DNA of 45,229 nt, taken from positions 1 to 45,229 of the forward strand of contig JACPBN010000006.1 of assembly GCA_016180275.1 (NCBI GenBank). Direction: 5' to 3'. The translations under genes and the position numbers were made by a program. Within the stretch, counting starts at the first letter, position 1. Each line of letters starts with the position of its first letter. The notes under the pieces were generated by a model. It was not told the origin of the DNA, searched no databases, and saw only the letters and a list, made by a program, of their open reading frames with translations. Below, piece by piece: positions 1-9,472 of the stretch. Origin of the DNA: Candidatus Woesearchaeota archaeon. GTDB lineage: Archaea > Nanobdellota > Nanobdellia > Woesearchaeales > UBA10200.

Positions 1-95
1 AGTTTTAGGACTACATCAGAGAATGAATCCTCTCCGTGTTTTAGATTTTTCAGCCTAAAATAAGCTTCATTTGACAACGAGATTACTTTTGTCAT
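1..95 (-). CDS. Partial VapB-like antitoxin (PF02697/COG1753 type). N-terminal part only; the gene runs off the left edge.
   Basis: Reverse-strand ATG at 95-93. Translation MTKVISLSNEAYFRLKNLKHGEDSFSDVVLKL fits the archaeal short-antitoxin signature (xKxIxLSxEAYxxLKxLK...SFSDV). Absent from the ORF track because it is truncated. Confidence 0.5.
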   Translation of the reverse strand, partial: MTKVISLSNEAYFRLKNLKHGEDSFSDVVLK

Positions 96-235
96 ACTGG
101 ATATGCATATGTATGCGTATATATTTAAATATTTGCTTTTAAATTTTATTTTATTATAGTATACTATCTAATCAACTTCTTGTTTAAGATAGATTTAATT
201 TTTATAAGTTTTTTATCACTAGTTTATGATATCAG

Positions 236-248
236 AAGCTTTATATAT
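236..248 (+). promoter_or_regulatory. BRE/TATA-like box (aagctttatatat) with no CDS downstream
   Basis: Matches the box recurring before many genes here (compare 35612, 41227). The next + strand CDS is 220 nt away; a palindrome and a hairpin plus T8 follow. Confidence 0.35.
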
Positions 249-267
249 TAGTTATATTATCCTAAAT

Positions 268-285
268 ATATACTAGCTAGTATAT
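268..285. promoter_or_regulatory. 18-bp perfect palindrome atatactagctagtatat (candidate operator)
   Basis: Perfect 9+9 inverted repeat 20-37 nt downstream of the TATA at 236. The half-site tagtata recurs at 407-413 and 423-429 near the ATPase promoter. Confidence 0.4.
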
Positions 286-290
286 TTATT

Positions 291-350
291 CCAAGTCTGC
301 ATAGAATTCTTCTACCCCCAAAACAGAAGAGCAGGCTTGGAGTTTTTTTT
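291..350 (+). terminator. Two-tier hairpin followed by T8. Possible 3' end of an ~80-nt small RNA, or an orphan terminator.
   Basis: Outer stem ccaagtctgc (291-300) pairs with gcaggcttgg (331-340), with one G-T wobble. Inner stem tcttct (308-313) pairs with agaaga (325-330). tttttttt follows at 343-350. It is GC-richer than its surroundings. Confidence 0.3.
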
Positions 351-433
351 CTTTGGATTTTGTATTGTGTTCTCGCAAGGAAAGATTTAAATAGTTGTAG
401 ATTATTTAGTATATATACTGTTTAGTATACTTT

Positions 434-446
434 ATTAATATAAAAA
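434..446 (+). promoter_or_regulatory. TATA-like box (attaatataaaaa) for the leaderless ATPase gene
   Basis: Lies ~24-30 nt upstream of GTG 470. A second BRE/TATA-like box aaagatttaaatag lies at 381-394. Confidence 0.35.
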
Positions 447-469
447 GTATGTAACAGAGCGTAATAATA

Positions 470-1642
470 GTGTACAAAAATATAGCAGCTGAAAATAGAA
501 AAAACTCAGTTAAGAGAGAGAATTACTTAGAGATACTCCTGAAGAATTTAGCTGAGCATAAGCTAAAGCGCGGGAGAAATCTTGCGTTAATTGGCAGCTT
601 AAATATTGGCAAAAGTTTTATTGTCAAAGAGTTTTTGACAAGAGCATCTGAGAATAATAATGCAGGTGGGGGTAATGCTGTTGCGTATGTTGATTTTTCT
701 CGAATCGGATTAACACCAGAGGAATTTGCCACCAAACTTTTGCTTGGTGTCACTTCCTGGCATCTGAGAAAAGAGGTTTCCAGTTTAGATGACTGCAAAC
801 TTGGCAGCGAGACTGCAAAGATTGTTGAGCAGGTAAAAAATGAATTTTTGAAAATAAAGCCTGACCATAAATTGTTAATTTCTTCTGCATTAAATTTTGC
901 TGAAGCGCTTTCCAAAGATAAGAATTTGCGCACAATAGTCTGTCTTGATGAATTCTGGAAGCTGCTTGAGTTCAATAATTATGAGCAGATTAAGGATGTT
1001 CTGACTTTCTTTAAGCAGATAATTTTTGCCCAATCACATGTTAAGTATGTTGTCATTGGAAGCGCAGTAACATTAATGAAAGAGATTTCTAAAAAGCTTG
1101 AATTTGAAGCTGTTGAAACGCTGCCGTTGAATTCCCGTGAGTTAGCAGAAGAGACAGGGAATGTTAAAGAAAATGATGAGCTCTATTATTATTCTGCAGG
1201 AATGCCGTTGTTTTTGAATGCAATAAAAGCAAGGCAGAAAATCTCTGGCTGTGATGTTAAAGAAGCATTTGTGATTGAGGCATTGTGGAAGCAGGGGATC
1301 ATCTATCATGCATGCAAGGATAAACTGGATGATTCTCTCGACAGGGCACGCGGCCGCGGGCTGCTGCTTACGATATTAAATGCAGTTGCCAATTCTGATA
1401 AAATAGCTGACTCTGACGGACTAAGGTTAAGTGAGGTTTCTCGCGCAATATACAGAAGCGCCGGAGTTACAAAAAATCTTGCTGAGAGGCTGGTTAAGGC
1501 TGATCTGCTTGTTAAAGAATCCGGAAGATTCAGGTTTAATGATTCTGTGTTAAAGTATTGGTTCAAAAATTTTACTTTGGGCAATGACTTTGAGGAGATT
1601 CCTACAAAAAATGAAATTCGCAGCATAGAGGTAAGGCTATGA
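470..1642 (+). CDS. AAA+ ATPase, Arch_ATPase-like, with a C-terminal winged-helix region
   Basis: Walker A GSLNIGKS, Walker B IVCLDEFW. C-terminal LSEVSRAIYRSAGVTKNLAERLVKADLLV looks like a wHTH. GTG start: there is no in-frame ATG before the P-loop and an in-frame stop at 452-454. The stop overlaps the next start (ATGA at 1639-1642). Confidence 0.75.
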   Translation: MYKNIAAENRKNSVKRENYLEILLKNLAEHKLKRGRNLALIGSLNIGKSFIVKEFLTRASENNNAGGGNAVAYVDFSRIGLTPEEFATKLLLGVTSWHLRKEVSSLDDCKLGSETAKIVEQVKNEFLKIKPDHKLLISSALNFAEALSKDKNLRTIVCLDEFWKLLEFNNYEQIKDVLTFFKQIIFAQSHVKYVVIGSAVTLMKEISKKLEFEAVETLPLNSRELAEETGNVKENDELYYYSAGMPLFLNAIKARQKISGCDVKEAFVIEALWKQGIIYHACKDKLDDSLDRARGRGLLLTILNAVANSDKIADSDGLRLSEVSRAIYRSAGVTKNLAERLVKADLLVKESGRFRFNDSVLKYWFKNFTLGNDFEEIPTKNEIRSIEVRL

Positions 1643-4600
1643 GAAAATCTGCTGAGAGCAATGGAAGCAGAAAGATGATGTTTGTAATAGTTTTAGCTCT
1701 CTTGCTAGCTTTAGTGTTGGCTACGTTGGTTAGTGCTGCATGGACTGATAATTTCACTAATCTAGGGGGAAAGTTCTCTGGATTTTCTTCCAGCAAATGG
1801 ACAGTGATACTGGTGAATGGGGCTTTGCTTGCAGGAGTTGGCTATGTTGGAAGCACATTATTGAATACTGGAGCAAATAAGATAGATGACAAGCAGATAA
1901 AAGCAATACAGCTTGCGTTAATTGGTGTTGGATTACTGATCGCTTACCAGATCTATGAGTCAGGGCTTCATGACTTGTTATGGAAAATTCCTGACATAAA
2001 TAATTTCATGCATATAAGAGTGATAGTTAACTTAGCATTGGTTGCTGCATTGCTTTACTTATTGTATACCTGGCTTAAGCTAAAGCCTGAGAAAGGCTCT
2101 GGATTGTTTGATGTCATCATAGTCGGAGTCATACTTATGATGTCAGTCACCATGGTGCATCCAGGCGAGAAATATGACAAGACAACCTACCATTATATCT
2201 GGGAATGGGAAAGCGTTGTGCCGTTCAGATTTTATCTGCTTGGAGACTCTGGGTGCACATTCTATGATTATAAAGGACAGTATTTTGAGGAGAATGGGAA
2301 ATGGATCTACGATGGGTTTGTAAATTCCGAGGTAACAGACGGAAACCTGATTCCTGAGCTTAATAAAGCAAAAGAATTGAGAGCAAAAACCGAAGAAGAG
2401 GTAACAGATCCAGAAGAGAAAAGATTTTATGGAATTATGAAAAACCTGCCGCCTGGCTATGTAACAGCAAAGACAAAAGTGGATAAATACTGTTATACCA
2501 AAGAAAGCATTGATGAATATCTTAAGCTTAAATCAGAAGACAAAGCATATACAGCAACTGTAAAGACGCCTTCTTCAGATGAGATCAGCGCAACAGGCGG
2601 ATTTGGAATCATCAGAGGATATCACTTAATTATTTTCATACTTGGAGCAATCATATTATCATGGGCTGCCAAAGTCTGGGAGCTTATGGCAAAAGCTGAG
2701 AATCTAAGCATTGCAATATCCATAATAATCGCAGCGATGCTTGCAAACGCCGGGACATCTATGCAATCATTTGCCTGGCTGATACAGATAATAATCATCT
2801 TAACATTGGTAAAGTCAATGGGCATAGAATTAAAGACAGCTGCTGCATGGGAAGAATTCTGGACATGGGTAGCACTTGCATTCTTCTCATGGATAGTAAA
2901 CTGGATTGCAACATCTGTTGATCCATCATATGGTCTGCCGATTGTCGGATGGATATTTGGATTTGCATTCAAAGGACTGTTCCCTACAATAGGATCTGCC
3001 ATTGTTGGGCTGTTGATACTATTATTATCAGGCTGGTACCTTTTCAGCGGCAGATGGCCAGAACACTGGTATATGAGATTAGGGATTGCTGCTGTAGCAT
3101 ACGGCATATTTTATTTTGTAATGCCACAGTATGCGACATCGCCAGGAGCCACATTAAAATTGCTATTATTAGTACTGTTATTTGCAGGAGTGATATTTGC
3201 AGGCAGCATGTGGTGGGGAGCATCAAAGGACAAGAAAGAGAAGAAAGAATCTATGCTGTTTAAGAGAGGAAGAGCACACATTTCCAATTTTGTAAGAGAA
3301 TGGCTAAATGACAATACATTGATAGCCCATATTAAGCAATGGTATGCGAGAATGACAAAACAACAGGTTAAGAAAATACCTGAAGTAGATATACCTGGCT
3401 TATTGCCATTTTATGTGTTGCAAAATCTGCCTTTATTTTATAATTTGTTCAATTTATGCAAAAGAACATGGATATATTATGCATATTGGGATGTGGTAAA
3501 GGCCCTTGATAAGCCTGATAACAAAGATGAAAAGAATAGAACCCCTAAGCAGCAGATTACTGATGGTATTGGGAATTATGTAAACCTGAAAAAAGTGAAG
3601 AAGCAGATAATTGATTACAGGTCTTCCCCAAGTAATTTATTAGGCCATTATGAATACGTAATGCTTGGGAAAGAGAAGAAGGCTGCTCAAGCAAGCAAGA
3701 CATATGCAGGATGGTGCAGCCACCATAAAAATCTGGCTAAAATCTATAATAAGACAGTTAAATTATTGCCGCAAGCATTGATTGCATTAGAGATAGGAGA
3801 TAAACAAGGATTCCAGCATTATGTAGGTGAGATACAATCATTGTTAAAGGATATGGATGGATTATTCACGAATATACCTGCCGCATATTCTCAAGTGAAT
3901 GATGAAGGCAATATAACAGCAATGGGTGAAGGATATATCAGAAGATTGCATGCATATTCGTGGCATAGCAAGCTTAGAAGCGCAATGATATATGCTTTGG
4001 GGATGGCAAATTCTGCATATTTATTTGATCATACATATAGGTTTGCAAATCCTGAAGCTGAATTAGAAGAAGGTGGCAAAGCTGGATGGAAAGTGGAGAA
4101 TGAAAGATATTATGAAGTCACTAATGATGGCAAATTTATCGATGACATAAATGAGTTTGTTGAGACAGGGACAGATATAAGGCAATATGTTGATGAGGAT
4201 TTTACAAAATATAGGAATGATGCAACTACGACAACAATTAAAAAATTAAAAGACCCTAGAGAAGTAATCACATTCAGTGATAATGTACCAAAAAATGCTT
4301 TCCAGGACATAATAAGCTGGATGAATACTGACTGGCTATTCTGGACAGATGATATGAAGTATGGCTTATACCATCTACGAAGCAGATCATTCAAAGATTA
4401 TGAAGAGAATTACCTAAAAAATCAATTCCATGATCATCATATAGGCAGGTCCAATAAGATCAACCGTGAAAATGGGTCATTTGACAGAAGAATCCTAACA
4501 AACCCAGGAATATGGAGATATTTAGGAAGAAGAAATTATTACGATAAAGACATCGGAAAATATGAGACATATAATCCTCTGCCATGGATATCATTGCACG

Positions 4601-4755
4601 GAATAACTGAATATCTCAAGCTTGAGTTTAGGAGAAGCTTTGATGATGCGCACCATAGGGAAGAAGCCATGGCACTATTCCCGGCAGCTGATAACCTAGA
4701 AGTTGCAGACGAGCTGATAACATCATTAAAAAAAGCATATACAAAGGGAAAGTAA
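1639..4755 (+). CDS. Large polytopic membrane protein (1038 aa), unknown family
   Basis: N-terminal signal/anchor MMFVIVLALLLALVLATLVSA. Roughly a dozen or more hydrophobic helices in the first ~520 aa, then a ~500-aa hydrophilic C-terminal region. Translationally coupled to the ATPase upstream. No motif I recognise. Confidence 0.8.
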   Translation: MRKSAESNGSRKMMFVIVLALLLALVLATLVSAAWTDNFTNLGGKFSGFSSSKWTVILVNGALLAGVGYVGSTLLNTGANKIDDKQIKAIQLALIGVGLLIAYQIYESGLHDLLWKIPDINNFMHIRVIVNLALVAALLYLLYTWLKLKPEKGSGLFDVIIVGVILMMSVTMVHPGEKYDKTTYHYIWEWESVVPFRFYLLGDSGCTFYDYKGQYFEENGKWIYDGFVNSEVTDGNLIPELNKAKELRAKTEEEVTDPEEKRFYGIMKNLPPGYVTAKTKVDKYCYTKESIDEYLKLKSEDKAYTATVKTPSSDEISATGGFGIIRGYHLIIFILGAIILSWAAKVWELMAKAENLSIAISIIIAAMLANAGTSMQSFAWLIQIIIILTLVKSMGIELKTAAAWEEFWTWVALAFFSWIVNWIATSVDPSYGLPIVGWIFGFAFKGLFPTIGSAIVGLLILLLSGWYLFSGRWPEHWYMRLGIAAVAYGIFYFVMPQYATSPGATLKLLLLVLLFAGVIFAGSMWWGASKDKKEKKESMLFKRGRAHISNFVREWLNDNTLIAHIKQWYARMTKQQVKKIPEVDIPGLLPFYVLQNLPLFYNLFNLCKRTWIYYAYWDVVKALDKPDNKDEKNRTPKQQITDGIGNYVNLKKVKKQIIDYRSSPSNLLGHYEYVMLGKEKKAAQASKTYAGWCSHHKNLAKIYNKTVKLLPQALIALEIGDKQGFQHYVGEIQSLLKDMDGLFTNIPAAYSQVNDEGNITAMGEGYIRRLHAYSWHSKLRSAMIYALGMANSAYLFDHTYRFANPEAELEEGGKAGWKVENERYYEVTNDGKFIDDINEFVETGTDIRQYVDEDFTKYRNDATTTTIKKLKDPREVITFSDNVPKNAFQDIISWMNTDWLFWTDDMKYGLYHLRSRSFKDYEENYLKNQFHDHHIGRSNKINRENGSFDRRILTNPGIWRYLGRRNYYDKDIGKYETYNPLPWISLHGITEYLKLEFRRSFDDAHHREEAMALFPAADNLEVADELITSLKKAYTKGK

Positions 4756-4756
4756 A

Positions 4757-6619
4757 ATGCCTGATGCCTTAGATACACAAAACGTTGGAAAAATAGAGGA
4801 TGATATCTTAACTGACTTAGGAGAAAGAATAGTAGAATTAGTTGAGCTAGAAAGAGAACTATCTAAAGCAGATGAGAAGAGAGAAAAGGCTAGAGCTATA
4901 ATCATGGATAAAGGGATACTTGCTCAAAAAAGCAAAAGATGGCAGAAGCTTGTAAGAGCTGTTGCAATGCTAGAGATATTACAGAAAAAACCAGAAGAAT
5001 TTATGCAGAGAAAAAGAGAGTATATCAGACAATTAGTGGGAGAAGCAACTTCTGGAAAGGAGATTAAGGATAAAAGTTTACTGGAGATTGCCAGCGTTAT
5101 AGCAAAGATAGATCTGCCTTCACCTGAGTTTTTGAGATTCTTGAAAGATGCTTTAGTTGCTGTAAATAAATTTGGCAAGAATAGCGCTGATGAAAGTTCA
5201 ATAAGGGAATTCAACGCTGAAATTGCAGGCTATGAAGCTAAAGTTGGCCAGCTGCCAGAAGAAGATAATGAGCAAAAGCAAAACAAGAAAAGTGCACTGG
5301 ATGTAATTGCCATGTTGAAGAGCTTAGCTAATGAAAATGAGCTGTATTACTTAAGCGCATACAGGCAAGACATAGAAGCATGGCCGCAATATGCCCAGAC
5401 AACATCTGAAGGGATAGGCTTTTTTAGCACCAGAGTAAAAGAGTATATAGAAGGAACTGAGCAAGCTACTACAAACAAAGGCGTGAGAATTAAAGGATTG
5501 GTCTCAAGATTCAGAGATACAAAGTTATGGAAATTAATTGAGGGGAATGATGCAATAAAAAATTTAAGGACTTATCCGCAGCAATTAAAATTTTATGATA
5601 TGATGAGAATTTACACTGAAAGTGCAGCTAAAGACCTGAATTGGGAAGGGACATTCAAGATGCCAAATGGCAAAGATGTGAAAATGCCATTCTTAGGCCC
5701 TCAAGGATTTTACCATAACCTAGATAAGGGCAGAAATTTCATAAGGTTGGTAAGAGATCATTTTGGAAACCATATTTTTGCAAATGATTTGGAAAGAGTG
5801 AAAAATGCTGTGCATGAGCAGCCTGTAAAATTTGTAGAAGAGTTCGCTAAATTTGAAGGGATAATAAAAAGCCCGCAGCACCAGATTGGAGTAATACATG
5901 CTGCCATGCAGGAGCTTAATAGAATATTGATGCTAAGAATCCTTCATTTAACACAAGAGATGCAAAAAAGAGTTTCTGAAGAAGAGAGGAAGATTGCCAA
6001 GATAATCAGAGGCTTAGGCGGAGAGCATGAAAGCGCAGTCAATGCACTGCAACATGTTATCGGCAAGAAAAAGACTGATTTAGAGAAAGAGTGGAATGCC
6101 CTGACATCAGCTTATGAATTTACAGAGGGCGAGCTTGTTGTAAGATACCTTGATGAAAGCACTGAAGTGAATGAGATTATAGAGCTTAACCTTAATCTGC
6201 ACGGGATTAACATAAGGTATAGTGAAAATGTGAGAAGACAGCTTGAAGCTGCAAAAAATCTTAAAGAGTTTGGAAGCACAATAACTACCGGTAATTTTAG
6301 CCCTGATGATATAATAAGTATCAACACAGGATTTACAGAATACTTGCCAACTCAAGCGCAGTTGAACAATGCAATTTTGGATAATAACAAAATTGAAGAA
6401 ATCCTAAGGCAGAAAGGCAGCGCTAACCTGCCTTTAATATTGGAAAAGATACAAAAATTAAAAGAGCTGATCCAAGACTATCAAAAATTGCATGAGACTA
6501 TAATGAAGATATTGCAAAAATTAGAGATTGAGAGCAATGCAACAGAATCTAGCACAACATCTGGAAACAACCTTAGTTCAAATAATGTAAATATCAAGTT
6601 TCCAGATAAAATTGTATAA
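4757..6619 (+). CDS. Coiled-coil-rich soluble protein (620 aa), unknown family
   Basis: Starts 1 nt after the previous stop. E/K/L/Q-rich heptad-like stretches at both ends. No TM segment and no catalytic motif recognised. Confidence 0.8.
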   Translation: MPDALDTQNVGKIEDDILTDLGERIVELVELERELSKADEKREKARAIIMDKGILAQKSKRWQKLVRAVAMLEILQKKPEEFMQRKREYIRQLVGEATSGKEIKDKSLLEIASVIAKIDLPSPEFLRFLKDALVAVNKFGKNSADESSIREFNAEIAGYEAKVGQLPEEDNEQKQNKKSALDVIAMLKSLANENELYYLSAYRQDIEAWPQYAQTTSEGIGFFSTRVKEYIEGTEQATTNKGVRIKGLVSRFRDTKLWKLIEGNDAIKNLRTYPQQLKFYDMMRIYTESAAKDLNWEGTFKMPNGKDVKMPFLGPQGFYHNLDKGRNFIRLVRDHFGNHIFANDLERVKNAVHEQPVKFVEEFAKFEGIIKSPQHQIGVIHAAMQELNRILMLRILHLTQEMQKRVSEEERKIAKIIRGLGGEHESAVNALQHVIGKKKTDLEKEWNALTSAYEFTEGELVVRYLDESTEVNEIIELNLNLHGINIRYSENVRRQLEAAKNLKEFGSTITTGNFSPDDIISINTGFTEYLPTQAQLNNAILDNNKIEEILRQKGSANLPLILEKIQKLKELIQDYQKLHETIMKILQKLEIESNATESSTTSGNNLSSNNVNIKFPDKIV

Positions 6620-6631
6620 ATAGGTGGAAAT

Positions 6632-9256
6632 ATGACTGAACAAAAAGCAGATGCACATGAACAAGGCGCACATGATGACAAGAGTGATAAAAGCGGATGG
6701 CTCAGTGCTCACGCTTTTAATGCAGTAACTGGTTTTGTGAGAGGAAGAATAGGAGGATATTGGAGAAGTTCACTGCCTCAGCCTTTAGAGTCTGGAAATG
6801 AGACACCTGTACAGGCTAGGCTATCAGATGAGAAAATATTTACAAGACTGGATAACATAGGCAGGCACCTCGGCGAGATAATAGAAGTTAGCTGGGATGA
6901 AGCTGAAGACTTAAAAGAAGAGATTACAAAAGAATACTTAAAGATAGGCCCATATAATGATTTGGAAAGAATTGATACTGAAATGCCTTTAACTGAAGGC
7001 GGCACAAATGTCAAGATGCCAAAAGAAGACAATACAAGAAGGGTAGAATATAAATGCCCGACCCTAGCCAGAACAAAGATCAGCATAAATAACCAAGAGT
7101 TTAATGATTTAACAGAGATAGGGAATTTTTTGCGCAATCATAGCACAGTGATAGATTTTACTGCCCTAAAAGAAAGGCTAGCTGTTTGGATTGAAAACGA
7201 GCTCAAGATAAAATCAATTGCAAAAAAGATCAGGGAATCAAATGCAGTTGCAGATGCAGTAAGCGCTATCAAGTATCCTAGCGGAAGAACAGATTTATAT
7301 GAATATACCCCATTAGAAGTTGAACCTGTTACTCTTCTAAATTTTGGAGGTGGAAAGGCTATTGGGCCAAAGCCAACATTTGACCCAATAAAGGATAAGC
7401 CTTTATTCGGAAAGAAACCATTTAACACAATATCTGATGTTTACAGCTTTGCCCAGACAAACCTTGCTGATTTCAGGAGATTTTTTATAGATGATTTAGA
7501 AAATAAAGAAATCCTTGTAGAATGGGTTGAGAAGGAACTGGGCTTAAAGGCATTGGCGAAAAAGATTTCAAAGATGTCCAGGGTAGATGAATTTCTGGGA
7601 TTTTTTCCTAGCAACAGGCCATTGGATTATCGCGAACCTGAATATGTTGAACAATTAACTTTTTTCGGATATAAAAATAATGTAGCTGATATTGTAAATA
7701 TTTTAGATTATTACAGAGGACAGATTACGTCCACTACGGCCCCTGATTTTGGGGAAGAGATCCAAACACGTAAAAACCAGCTGATAGGAGAAAAAGAAGG
7801 CTCATTAACAAAACTTATCTGGGTATTAGAGATAATAGGCAAAAATGAGAAAAACTTCTATAAGCAGCTAAGCGACATGAGAAAACACACAGCTGTGTTG
7901 AATGATTTAAGAAACACAATGATGAGAGAAAATTGGACAAAGCAGAGAGTTCATTTCAGGCATACTTATATGGTGACTAAAATGTACCATATATATAAGG
8001 AGAGGCCTGATGATATTGTATTTTTTAAGGATGCCCATGCTGATTTCAAAAGAGATGAAGAGACTGATTTTGGATTGGATGAGAATGGAATGCCATTAGA
8101 AGTTTATGAGCATAACGGTGAATGGTATGTATTGACTGATCACTGGTTTTATAATATTTCTCAGAATGAATGGCAGATGAAAAAAATAATAGAGAAAAAA
8201 GGAAAAGATAATGCCAGAAAAATTTTTTATGGCAGGGCTGATGGAAGCAAAGCATGGAACAGTGAACTAGGTGTGGGCCTTGCTAATATTTATAACAATG
8301 GCTTGGGAAGAAAAGTAGCAAAGGAATTTGTTGAGCCATTGGACCTAATCGAAGCAATAACATATATATGCACAAACTGGGACGCTTATAGAGATGATTT
8401 CAGAGATGGCAGGTTTCATCCGCACAGCAAGACTTACTATGATTATGTTTTAGCTGCAAATATATATCATCCTGTAACAAAGGAATTTAAAGGCATATGG
8501 CATAGTTTGTTTGGAGTTGTTGTGCCTGTGAATGCCATTACTGTTGGAAGAGGTAAGATGGTACAATGGAATTCTAACCCATGGAAAAGAATGCCAGTAC
8601 ATGGCGAAATTTTAGGAGAAAATATGGATGCAAGGCTTCCGTTTGATGAGCGGAGAGTAACACGGGAATTTGAATTAGAATACCTGGATTCTGCAGGAAA
8701 TATACAACATATGAAAGTTGATGATAAAAATAAACCGTATGTTAGAAAGCCTGCACATATGTGCCCTGCATTTGACAGGATATCTGTGCAAATAAAAGGA
8801 AAGGATGAAGAAGAAGCACATGGGCATGGCAATGTAGGAGGAGGCTTTTTCTCCAAAATCAAATCATTATTTGTTTCAAGGCATGAAGAAGAACCCCACA
8901 CAACAGCTGGAACACATGAAGACTTAAATGCTGTTGATAAAGGAGGATATGAAGAGAATTGGGTGCATTGGGGCAGAATGTATTATTATGAAGGTACAGG
9001 AGGCATAAATAATTTATCAGAGAATCCTGATCCTTGTACAAGCACAAGAGGGACTGCTAAATACGTAATAGACCGTGTCATAAGAGAAACTTCGAGCAAG
9101 GAAGAAGCCAGAAAAATATTAAAGGGGCATCTTTATGATTTCGGCGTAAGAAAACAAGGCATAGAGCTGATCGATGACCCATTTGGCGGTGCAGAAGAGC
9201 ACTTGCTAAGGTTTGGGAAGTATAAGGACAAATATAAGACTTATAGGCCAGGTTAG
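6632..9256 (+). CDS. Large soluble protein (874 aa), unknown family, with an internal ~60-aa duplication
   Basis: SD aggtgg lies 5 nt before the ATG. Repeated block FNxLxEIxxF...LxxWIExELxIKSIAKKI (aa ~153-210) and FNTISDVYSF...LVEWVEKELGLKALAKKI (aa ~261-322). No TM segments. Confidence 0.8.
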   Translation: MTEQKADAHEQGAHDDKSDKSGWLSAHAFNAVTGFVRGRIGGYWRSSLPQPLESGNETPVQARLSDEKIFTRLDNIGRHLGEIIEVSWDEAEDLKEEITKEYLKIGPYNDLERIDTEMPLTEGGTNVKMPKEDNTRRVEYKCPTLARTKISINNQEFNDLTEIGNFLRNHSTVIDFTALKERLAVWIENELKIKSIAKKIRESNAVADAVSAIKYPSGRTDLYEYTPLEVEPVTLLNFGGGKAIGPKPTFDPIKDKPLFGKKPFNTISDVYSFAQTNLADFRRFFIDDLENKEILVEWVEKELGLKALAKKISKMSRVDEFLGFFPSNRPLDYREPEYVEQLTFFGYKNNVADIVNILDYYRGQITSTTAPDFGEEIQTRKNQLIGEKEGSLTKLIWVLEIIGKNEKNFYKQLSDMRKHTAVLNDLRNTMMRENWTKQRVHFRHTYMVTKMYHIYKERPDDIVFFKDAHADFKRDEETDFGLDENGMPLEVYEHNGEWYVLTDHWFYNISQNEWQMKKIIEKKGKDNARKIFYGRADGSKAWNSELGVGLANIYNNGLGRKVAKEFVEPLDLIEAITYICTNWDAYRDDFRDGRFHPHSKTYYDYVLAANIYHPVTKEFKGIWHSLFGVVVPVNAITVGRGKMVQWNSNPWKRMPVHGEILGENMDARLPFDERRVTREFELEYLDSAGNIQHMKVDDKNKPYVRKPAHMCPAFDRISVQIKGKDEEEAHGHGNVGGGFFSKIKSLFVSRHEEEPHTTAGTHEDLNAVDKGGYEENWVHWGRMYYYEGTGGINNLSENPDPCTSTRGTAKYVIDRVIRETSSKEEARKILKGHLYDFGVRKQGIELIDDPFGGAEEHLLRFGKYKDKYKTYRPG

Positions 9257-9312
9257 GCATAGGTAAGCAAAGAGGAATATTATCTAGCAAATAAATATAA
9301 GAAATCACAAAA

Positions 9313-9378
9313 ATGAGCATCACAAACATAACCAAGCACGAAGACTATCTCAAGAAGCAGCGCATGAACAGACTGTAA
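9313..9378 (+). pseudogene. Copy A of the 5' end of the 13518 gene (21 codons then stop)
   Basis: MSITNITKHEDYLKKQRMNRL* aligns with MPTDKLAQHEEYLRKMHKNRL of the intact gene at 13518. The leader ataagaaatcacaaaaa matches copy C at 16 of 17 nt. Confidence 0.7.
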
Positions 9379-9410
9379 GCAATGAATGACCGATGAGGAT
9401 AAAATAAACC

Positions 9411-9426
9411 GAAAGGTTTAAATATA
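9411..9426 (+). promoter_or_regulatory. BRE/TATA box (gaaaggtttaaatata) of ATPase cassette 1
   Basis: Consensus-like box upstream of ATG 9473. The spacing is lengthened by the tandem 15-mer duplication that follows. Confidence 0.45.
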
Positions 9427-9456
9427 ATTATAAAAATAATCATTATAAAAATAATC
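9427..9456. repeat. Perfect tandem duplication, 2 x 15 bp (attataaaaataatc)
   Basis: 9427-9441 is identical to 9442-9456, with a partial third copy (attt). Located between the TATA box and the start codon. Confidence 0.85.
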
Positions 9457-9472
9457 ATTTAAGGCGCCTAAG

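Noticed and set aside
523-975. Antisense ORFs embedded in longer genes. Examples: 523-975, 2622-3107, 16949-17599, 17867-18625, 28714-29274, 32413-32931, 35639-36340 and 41445-41906, all on the minus strand.
   Set aside because: Each lies wholly inside a longer opposite-strand ORF that has recognisable motifs or operon context. Their translations are S/L/F/I-rich low-complexity strings typical of antisense frames in AT-rich coding DNA. None has a promoter box or SD.
2949-3263. Same-strand alternative-frame ORFs (2949-3263 and 15169-15366)
   Set aside because: They are fully nested out of frame within longer genes that have clear TM or NTase features. Their translations are Cys/Ile/Arg-rich with no motifs.
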